A DNA stretch of 32,000 nt, from positions 1,043,234 to 1,075,233 of the forward strand of contig NZ_JAAHIH010000004.1 in the NCBI RefSeq assembly GCF_010671925.1. The letters are read 5' to 3'. Positions within the stretch are counted from its first letter, which is position 1. Every line of letters begins with the position of its first letter. The position numbers and the translations under genes are program-made. Source of the stretch: Moorena sp. SIOASIH. GTDB lineage: Bacteria > Cyanobacteriota > Cyanobacteriia > Cyanobacteriales > Coleofasciculaceae. Positions 25,481 through 32,000 of the stretch are shown here, in pieces. The notes under the pieces were generated by a model. The model worked only from the letters and a program-made list of their open reading frames with translations, was not told the DNA's origin and did no database searches.

Positions 25481-26491
25481 TCACGAAATCTTCGGACTAC
25501 TAAAGGCACCACCTTTACAAAACACACTATTGCGGAGAAAATCACTAAGTAACTGGGGTGGGTCATTATCGGGCTTACCTTGAACCACTCGGCGCAATTG
25601 CCACAATAAATAACTAGAAGCCCAGGCATGATCCGCTAGAGCAGCGTAAAACCAACCATAGTTTTTGAGGAAATACCGTCGCCGAGAATCAAAGACATAC
25701 TGGGGTCGGCGTTTGGGTGGACGCTTGGTGTCGGTAACACCTGAACTTTGTCCAACTAAGTGGACTACGCGACTTTCAGGCACATACCAGCATTCCCAGC
25801 CAGCTCTCTGGGCTTGCAGGCAAAAGTCCATTTCCTCGTAATACATGAAATAAGCTTGATCGATCAGGCCAACCTGCTCAAACACTTCCCGGCGAATAAT
25901 CATACTTGCCCCAGCAACCCAATCCGTTGGACAGGGTTGGTCAGGAATCGGTGGCCAAACTACCCACTCCGATAATAATTTCGATACCACACCGAGACGC
26001 AAACCAGAATCTAGCTCACTGAGCACGGTATGAAACCGAAATGCTGAACACTGAGGGGTACTGTCAGGCTCTTCCAGGCGAGAGCCAGCAATACCCACCT
26101 GGGGATGGTCACTCATAAACTCCACCAGGGTTTTGATCGCCCTAGGACGAACAATGGTGTCTGGATTGAGCAACAACACATAATCCGGTGGGTGATTAGA
26201 CTTCAGGGCTGGGCGGATCACAGCATTATTGCCAAACGCAAATCCACCATTGTGGTCTAGTGCCTTCACCGATGCCCAACTATCCCAGTTCTCGTTTGCG
26301 ATCGCATTTTTAATCGCAACAGCCGATCCATCCCCAGAGGCATTATCTGCCACTACTACCGTAGTATTCGATAAACCTGGGATTTCATCTGCTAGAGAGC
26401 GTAAGCAATCAATAGTTAAACCAGGGGTTTTGTAGTTAACAATTACTATAAGTAAAGAATTTAGAGTATTGTTTTTTATTTCATTATACAT
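25481..26491 (-). CDS. Family 2 glycosyltransferase (GT-A fold)
   Basis: A 336-aa ORF with LIVIVNYKTPGLTIDCLRSL, VVVADNASGDGS and LLLNPDTIV (a DxD-like NPD), then ...GASMIIRREVFEQVGLIDQAYFMYYEEMDFCLQAQRAGW. These are classic GT2 (rhamnosyltransferase-like) motifs. Confidence 0.9.
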   Translation of the reverse strand: MYNEIKNNTLNSLLIVIVNYKTPGLTIDCLRSLADEIPGLSNTTVVVADNASGDGSAVAIKNAIANENWDSWASVKALDHNGGFAFGNNAVIRPALKSNHPPDYVLLLNPDTIVRPRAIKTLVEFMSDHPQVGIAGSRLEEPDSTPQCSAFRFHTVLSELDSGLRLGVVSKLLSEWVVWPPIPDQPCPTDWVAGASMIIRREVFEQVGLIDQAYFMYYEEMDFCLQAQRAGWECWYVPESRVVHLVGQSSGVTDTKRPPKRRPQYVFDSRRRYFLKNYGWFYAALADHAWASSYLLWQLRRVVQGKPDNDPPQLLSDFLRNSVFCKGGAFSSPKIS

Positions 26492-26607
26492 AACTATTTT
26501 TGTGTTTCATTTAGCTTATTAAAGAATAATTAATTCTTAGTTATTTTGATATTGTTTGAATCAAAAAATAGCGTTTTTAAAACCGTAAAAATTAACACGT
26601 TTTTTTA

Positions 26608-26667
26608 CCCTACTCCCTACTCCCTACTCCCTACTCCCTACTCCCTACTCCCTACTCCCTACTCCCT
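26608..26667. repeat. Heptamer STRR array (CCTACTC) x8-9, the reverse complement of the GGGAGTA family
   Basis: Direct reading. Confidence 0.9.
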
Positions 26668-26679
26668 GCTATATCATCC

Positions 26680-28095
26680 CTAATTCCGTTGAACTTGTCT
26701 CCGTTGATTCCGATTTTGATTCCGATTTTGATTCCGAGAACGCTGGGCTACCAATGCAGGGGCTTTTTTAACCTTATTGGTTGTAGGTTCTTTGACCACC
26801 AATCCTGATAGTCCTCCACAAGCCAATACAAAGACTGGATTACCATGGGCATTGACCAGAAATTCTACCATGTACAACGTTACAGCCACCGTCAGCACCG
26901 CCACTGGTGCCGCTTGCCGCTTTGGCCACAACTCCGCTGGACAACGGAACCAAAACATAGTCAACACCGGCATTAGTAAGGATATGGTCAGGCTGGCTAA
27001 TCCAACAGTACCAGTTTCACCAAAGGCAATAATCCACAAACTATCTGGAACTGTAACTTGATCACCGTTGTCATTAAATATCAGACTTCTTCCCCATCCT
27101 CCCCAGCCAAACACGATCCGTTCCCGTGCTTTATCTACAAGTAACTCTTCATTATCAAATCTAAACTGTAAGGATTGGATACGCTCTTCAGGAACCACAC
27201 TCGATACATTTGAGATAATCTGATCACTAACGTAGGTTTCAGTCTGTGAGTTAATGTATAAGTAAGAACAAATAAGCCCAATTAGGAGAAATACTGGTAA
27301 AGCAGTGCGCAAATGCTTGCCCACAAACAAGATGCCAACTCCTAAGAGTAGTAAGAAATAGGCACCAGTAGATTTGCACAATATAAATGTGATCAACAAC
27401 GCAGCTACCAGCCACTTCATCGGAATATTCCACAGTTGTTTGATCACCCCAGTGTGCCATAGCCAAATTCCCACTAAACTAGCTGCCATCATCCACAGAC
27501 CCACTGGCAAACCGTGGATCATAAATACTGTCGGTCTCCATCCCCCGTAACGCATGGTTTGGCCAAAGTCAGGATGAGCATGGAAGCCGTACAATATCCT
27601 ATGGAGCTGGGGACTAAAGCGAATTTCGTACAAACATAGGGGAACATATACCAACCCCCCCATGAAAATGCCAATTGCCAATTCACGCAATCCACTCAAG
27701 TTATTGAGATATATCCGACCGAAAAAATAGGGTACTCCCCAGGTCAAGGTTTGCGTCAAAACAGTAGATAACCCATCGTAAGCCCCCAAGCCATTCGTAA
27801 TAGATGAAGCCAATGGACATAGGCACCAAATTAGCATCGGCACGTCAATCCAGCTGAATTTAAAGGAGCTAAAACGCCCAACATCGTATATAAACGTAGC
27901 CAACAAAATACCGTAGCAAGTTGCCGACATCTTAGTATAGTCAGGTAGACCAGGCAACGCATATTCTGCTACGGGTAGGAATAGCCATGCTACGATGAAA
28001 CTCACAATGACTGCCCGCTGAGCTGGAATTCTCATGAAGAGATAAAGAACAACTGGAATCCAGCCGAACATGACGATGGGGACTAAAAAACTCAT
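26680..28095 (-). CDS. O-antigen ligase/polymerase-like (Wzy-type) polytopic membrane protein
   Basis: A 471-aa ORF with at least 10 predicted TM helices. A loop with ERIVFGWGGWGRS resembles the P-x-x-G-x-G-x-G motif that follows Wzy_C domains. It lies next to wzx. The C-terminal RNQNRNQNRNQRRQ tail is encoded by a 12-nt tandem repeat (26700-26737). Confidence 0.55.
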   Translation of the reverse strand: MSFLVPIVMFGWIPVVLYLFMRIPAQRAVIVSFIVAWLFLPVAEYALPGLPDYTKMSATCYGILLATFIYDVGRFSSFKFSWIDVPMLIWCLCPLASSITNGLGAYDGLSTVLTQTLTWGVPYFFGRIYLNNLSGLRELAIGIFMGGLVYVPLCLYEIRFSPQLHRILYGFHAHPDFGQTMRYGGWRPTVFMIHGLPVGLWMMAASLVGIWLWHTGVIKQLWNIPMKWLVAALLITFILCKSTGAYFLLLLGVGILFVGKHLRTALPVFLLIGLICSYLYINSQTETYVSDQIISNVSSVVPEERIQSLQFRFDNEELLVDKARERIVFGWGGWGRSLIFNDNGDQVTVPDSLWIIAFGETGTVGLASLTISLLMPVLTMFWFRCPAELWPKRQAAPVAVLTVAVTLYMVEFLVNAHGNPVFVLACGGLSGLVVKEPTTNKVKKAPALVAQRSRNQNRNQNRNQRRQVQRN

Positions 28096-28145
28096 TGGCT
28101 TTTTTGGGCATAAACGTGAACAGAGTTGTTTGATAAATTCCTAAC

Positions 28146-28952
28146 TTAACTCATTAAGTTATTCAGAAATTTCTTGACTTTGGTTACTGGAGATTTTTTC
28201 AGTTGTATTTTTTCTCCTGGTCGAGCCTTAAATAATGTAGAATGATCACCACCCTTGGAAAGCTCTTCAGCTGGTCTGCCATTGCTGTAGTAGTAAAGTG
28301 CCAAGGATTTCCGAGTCCGTCCTTCTGGACAAGTTAATGGCTCAGGATGTCCGTGATAGGAAAAATCTGTAGTACTAAATATCACACATCGGTTGAAGAC
28401 GGGGAGAATTTTTTTCTGAGACTGAGTCATCTCTGTATCCCACATTTCAAAATAACCACCATAGTCTTCTTCCCAATCTTTGTTGAGATAGATCAGAAGA
28501 TTTAAGCGGCGGTCAAGGCGCAATTTTGTATGGCGATTGAAATCAGCATGGATTTTTAAGTAACCACCTTTTTCGATCTGATGTAAGCCACCACCCACAA
28601 AATGAGGATCAGGGATGATTCCATCAATGCCAGTTAAGGTTTCTAAAAAGTTAAGGAAAGTTGATGAATTGAGCTGATAAAGAAAAAATCGGGTGTACTC
28701 TCCCATTTGTAATTCCGATTTTGAAGCCAGTTTTTTTTCTGGTGCAGCCTCAAATTTTTGCCAATCAATTGCATCAGCTTTAGGAAATTCATTCAGAATA
28801 TTCTCTAGTATATCCTCTGGAAAGAAGTTATCCATGATAATGTGTGGGAATGGCTCAGCCTGGGCGTATACTTCACAATGATCCTTTGCAAAGTTAGTTA
28901 ACTTTTCCGGGTCTAGGCAATAGTTTAATTTTGAATCCATTTTATTCTCCAA
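28146..28952 (-). CDS. 2-oxoglutarate/Fe(II)-dependent oxygenase (prolyl-4-hydroxylase/Tpa1-like)
   Basis: A 268-aa ORF with the H-x-D triad in LKIHADFNRH, a distal His in FSYHGHPEP, and R-x-S (RKSLALYYY) for 2OG binding. Confidence 0.75.
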   Translation of the reverse strand: MENKMDSKLNYCLDPEKLTNFAKDHCEVYAQAEPFPHIIMDNFFPEDILENILNEFPKADAIDWQKFEAAPEKKLASKSELQMGEYTRFFLYQLNSSTFLNFLETLTGIDGIIPDPHFVGGGLHQIEKGGYLKIHADFNRHTKLRLDRRLNLLIYLNKDWEEDYGGYFEMWDTEMTQSQKKILPVFNRCVIFSTTDFSYHGHPEPLTCPEGRTRKSLALYYYSNGRPAEELSKGGDHSTLFKARPGEKIQLKKSPVTKVKKFLNNLMS

Positions 28953-29051
28953 TTGATTTTTTGATGATTAAATATTTATTGTTGTACTCAAAAAAATGGA
29001 ATTGTTATTCAAAAATAATAGCAATGACTGTAGGAATTGTGATAATTTTTA

Positions 29052-29088
29052 TTCCCTGTTTCCTGTTCACCGTTCCCTGTTCCCTGTT
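29052..29088. repeat. Heptamer STRR array (TTCCCTG-type, the reverse complement of GGGAACA) x5
   Basis: ttccctgtttcctgttcaccgttccctgttccctgtt, abutting the wzx stop. Confidence 0.85.
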
Positions 29089-30447
29089 TTAAAAAAGTCC
29101 ACTGATGGGATATCCAAAACCCAACATATATCGAGCCCAAATCACCCACATCAGTAAGGTCAACAGTAGTGCAGTAGCCCAGAGGTCTTGCTTAATAAAG
29201 GAAAGCCCTTCACGACAGAGACCATAAGTTATTACTAGATAAGGGAGAATGTCATTGAAAGCAATCACGACTACTGCTCCGAGTGGTCCATTGCCCAACT
29301 TTTCCATCAGATAAAATCCTAGGGGTATGCCAATACAAACATTAAGACTCTTGACCAATTGACTGTAAGCGTTATAGTTTGGCTTTCCAAGAGCCATCAG
29401 GGCTTGCTGAACGGTATCAATTAATAATGCAGGCCAGATGCCTAAAGTCAGGATTGGTAACATCCAAGCCGCCTCATAAAACCTCTCATCATATAAGATA
29501 AAAATCGCAACATCCCCAAAGGCAGTACTGACTGTCAACATCAACGCTGCAACCACTAGGATAAGTTGGCGATTGTACCAAATCTTGATCCGAAAGGTTT
29601 CCCGAGGCAAATCAGCCAGCTGAGAAAAGGTTGGCAAAAGCACCTTGGAACTAATTGCCGAGATTACCTGAGAAGGTAGGTATGCTAAATTAAAGGCAAC
29701 ACCATAAATCCCCAATAGTGTGAATGAAAACAATTTGCCTAGAATTAGTCGGTCGGCTTGGGTCGCGAGAAAGGTAAGCGCCGTTGAAATAAATATCCAT
29801 TTCCCAAAGGAAAAGATGCTGTTAGCTGCTTCTTTCTCCCAGGTAAAGCGGTTTGATGTTCCGGGAATTAACCAATGACTCATTACCATTTTGACCAATG
29901 CCGTCAGCACATTTCCAATAGCAAGAGCCCAGATTGTCCGATTGATAAAAGCCCAAGCGACCATCAAGATCAGGCCGGACAATTGCCCCACCAGCTCAAA
30001 CATCATCATCTTGCCAAATGCCATCTGGCGGTTGAGGCTCCACACAGCAGTGGAGTTGAATCCCTCAATCAGTGGTATCACACCAATTACTGGCATCAGC
30101 CCTAACAGCTGCGGGTTATCATAAAAGTGGGCAACTGGCCAAGTAATTATAAGACAAGCCACCCACAGCACAATTCCCCGCAAAACCTGAATAGTCCAGA
30201 TAGTATTCAGAAAAACTGGGTCATCCCCACGTTTATTCTGGATGATGCTTGGGCCAATGCCGACATCGGAGAATAACCGTAAGCCAATGATGAAAACATT
30301 GGCTAGAGCCATTAAGCCGAAAAACTCTGGTGCAAGCAGGCGGGTCAGAACAAGATTACTTGCCAGTCTCAGAAACTGACTTGTTCCATAACCAGCTACT
30401 GTCCAAATAGCCCCACGGAGGAGTTGTTTTTTAAGTGATGAGGACAT
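29089..30447 (-). CDS. wzx: Polysaccharide/oligosaccharide flippase (Wzx, MOP superfamily)
   Basis: A 452-aa ORF with about 12 TM helices. The N-terminus LLRGAIWTVAGYGTSQFLRLASNLVLTRLLAPEFFGLMALANVF is typical of Wzx-type 'polysaccharide biosynthesis protein' families. Confidence 0.85.
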   Translation of the reverse strand: MSSSLKKQLLRGAIWTVAGYGTSQFLRLASNLVLTRLLAPEFFGLMALANVFIIGLRLFSDVGIGPSIIQNKRGDDPVFLNTIWTIQVLRGIVLWVACLIITWPVAHFYDNPQLLGLMPVIGVIPLIEGFNSTAVWSLNRQMAFGKMMMFELVGQLSGLILMVAWAFINRTIWALAIGNVLTALVKMVMSHWLIPGTSNRFTWEKEAANSIFSFGKWIFISTALTFLATQADRLILGKLFSFTLLGIYGVAFNLAYLPSQVISAISSKVLLPTFSQLADLPRETFRIKIWYNRQLILVVAALMLTVSTAFGDVAIFILYDERFYEAAWMLPILTLGIWPALLIDTVQQALMALGKPNYNAYSQLVKSLNVCIGIPLGFYLMEKLGNGPLGAVVVIAFNDILPYLVITYGLCREGLSFIKQDLWATALLLTLLMWVIWARYMLGFGYPISGLF

Positions 30448-30567
30448 GGTTAGATTTCCGAGTAGGTAGACGGGATGGGTGGGGTTGCAGACTTAAAGGC
30501 ATCAGATAATTTAGTTAGTTTTAAAGGGCTCTACAGCTGATATCTGAGCATGTTGTGTAATGTAGGT

Positions 30568-30689
30568 GTAAGCATTCAGCCGTCAGCCGTCAGCCGTCAG
30601 CTTATTTTATTCAAAAGCATCTCAAGTAGTGTGGCCATAAGCCTTTAGCTGATAGCTGATACGCGACACGCTGATAGCTGAATGCTTAC
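30568..30689. mobile_element. TIR-bounded STRR element (MITE-like), 122 bp, sibling of 15020-15197
   Basis: It has the same 13-bp termini, GTAAGCATTCAGC ... GCTGAATGCTTAC. Inside are (CAGCCGT)x3, CTTATTTTATTCAAAAGC, the GTAGTGTGGCCATAAGC module and GCTGATA units. Confidence 0.8.
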
Positions 30690-30703
30690 ATTTAGGTTTT
30701 AAG

Positions 30704-31726
30704 TTACGGCGATGTAGATAATAGTTGTTGAGCACCAGATGAATACTCGCGAACGGTCTTTTGCCAGAAACGGGCTGGCTCTTGAGATGAGAAATAACGA
30801 CTGATATAGTCGTGAGCATTGCGTGAAATATTGTCACGAAGTTCTGCATTCTCTAGTTCCAAAAGACATCGTGCTGCAGCCTCAGGAGTCTCGGCAGCCA
30901 TAGCAGTCTTACGGTGTTCCATGCAGAAATTTGCCCCACGGGCAGTCTTACCGACTACCACAATTCCTGCTGCCATGGATTCTTGGGGAGGAAGGGCACA
31001 ACCCTCAACCTCTGCAGATGCCAGGAAGACTTGTGGTCGTCTAAACTGCTTTGCTAGTTCGTGAAAGGGAAGTCCATCCACACGCTCAAATCTCCAGTAG
31101 GTACCACCTAGCTTTTGATACCATTCCTCAGTCTCGGTGATGAACTCAGGACCTTTTCTGGGAAAGGCGAACACCAAACCTGCTTCTCTTTCTGATTGAG
31201 GAATAAATGGAAATGCCTTGTTGTCAACGACATTGGGAACGATCTCAATGTCCTTGCCAGGATAAGTGGCTTCGCATATTTCCTTCATAAAAGGAGAGTC
31301 TGTCCACAGAGCCACACGGCTATCTCGATAGTCAAAATCAGCTTTAACCAAAATTGGAACCTGGAGATAAGCGATCGCTGGTCCTTTGACATCATTAATC
31401 AATAGTGTCAGCCAATCAGGAATAATGCATACATCATCCGGACGACGATCTGCCCAACGGATAAAGGGTAGATTGTGAATCCCCCAAGTATTCCCAAAGG
31501 TGTTACGACCAGTCATGGTGGCAATTACTGCATCAGCCCCAGATTCCCGAGCTGCCAAGCAGTGACGCATGATATTCAGGTCTCCGCCGTTTACTTCGGA
31601 TTTATAAAGCCACCTACGCCTGACCCAACTCTGAATTGGCTTTAGCTTAGGACGGCTAAGGACACGGTATATTAGCTGCCAAGTGGTGCTTGTTGAAAAG
31701 TCTGGAAGCAAAAATACAAAACGCAT
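30704..31726 (-). CDS. Glycosyltransferase, GT-B fold (GT4/GT1-like)
   Basis: A 340-aa ORF. FLASAEVEGCALPPQESMAAGIVVVG matches the E-x-F-G-x-x-x-x-E-A-M-A-x-G signature region of GT4 enzymes. It lies in the polysaccharide cluster. Confidence 0.6.
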   Translation of the reverse strand: MRFVFLLPDFSTSTTWQLIYRVLSRPKLKPIQSWVRRRWLYKSEVNGGDLNIMRHCLAARESGADAVIATMTGRNTFGNTWGIHNLPFIRWADRRPDDVCIIPDWLTLLINDVKGPAIAYLQVPILVKADFDYRDSRVALWTDSPFMKEICEATYPGKDIEIVPNVVDNKAFPFIPQSEREAGLVFAFPRKGPEFITETEEWYQKLGGTYWRFERVDGLPFHELAKQFRRPQVFLASAEVEGCALPPQESMAAGIVVVGKTARGANFCMEHRKTAMAAETPEAAARCLLELENAELRDNISRNAHDYISRYFSSQEPARFWQKTVREYSSGAQQLLSTSP

Positions 31727-31789
31727 CAGCTAACTGTTACAAATAAGGGAAATTATTGAAAATGGTTATCTGTTGTCCCGATTCACAAT

Positions 31790-32000
31790 TTAAAGGCGTG
31801 AGAGCTTAGTACTACTTGGTGCTGCCTCAATGGGAGCTTGCTTTGGAGGTAGTTCAGGATTAGATAGAAATAGGGCTGACAATTTCTTGGCTTCTGTTGC
31901 GACATCATGCCGCCTAGCAATCCGCTCCGCCCCAGCTTTACCCATTTCCTCCAGGGTTTCCACCGGGGAGTTTAAGGCTTCAGCCATTGCTGCGGTTAAG
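31790..32000 (-). CDS. C-terminal end of a further glycosyltransferase-like protein (the CDS starts beyond the window end)
   Basis: The frame is open to the window edge (..LTAAMAEALNSPVETLEEMGKAGAERIARRHDVATEAKKLSALF), which resembles the C-terminal helix region of GT4 enzymes. Confidence 0.4.
   Translation of the reverse strand, partial: LTAAMAEALNSPVETLEEMGKAGAERIARRHDVATEAKKLSALFLSNPELPPKQAPIEAAPSSTKLSRL

Noticed and set aside
30622-30849. A 75-aa minus-strand ORF overlapping the 3' end of the GT4-like gene and the TIR element.
   Set aside because: It is out of frame with the well-supported 340-aa ORF, and part of it is encoded by the repeat element 30568-30689.

Overview
The window looks like chromosomal DNA from a cyanobacterium, probably filamentous. 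The evidence is HIP1 octamers (GCGATCGC) in many genes, heptameric STRR-type tandem arrays in almost every intergenic spacer, and a family of about 70-bp palindromic elements. The genus cannot be determined from the sequence alone.

The left part (1-17.2 kb) is mostly housekeeping. It holds the hom 5' end, a class-V aminotransferase, metK, a DUF3352-like membrane protein, a CofH-type radical SAM enzyme and a GT39-like membrane glycosyltransferase. It also holds a GST-like protein, PPK2, a small hypothetical, an Amt ammonium transporter and a DUF1838-like protein.

The right half is accessory.
- 17711-22360 encodes an NLR-like STAND NTPase: a helical N-module with an N/Q-rich tail, an NB-ARC domain, and about 24 near-identical 31/32-aa HEAT-like repeats whose variation is confined to a few positions. 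A single in-frame TGA at 18215-18217 interrupts it. A small G/C-hairpin repeat is inserted in frame inside the NB-ARC domain.
- Next come a VapBC-like toxin-antitoxin pair and a Uma2-family nuclease, bracketed by direct copies of one composite repeat.
- 24.6-32 kb is a minus-strand Wzx/Wzy-type polysaccharide cluster: acetyltransferase, GT2, Wzy/O-antigen-ligase-like protein, 2OG-Fe(II) oxygenase, Wzx flippase and two GT4-like genes.

Small repeats also enter coding sequence. A roughly 150-bp TIR-bounded element sits in frame inside the GT39-like gene, and tandem repeats encode the termini of three proteins.

Every call comes from reading the sequence and the supplied translations. No database search was run.
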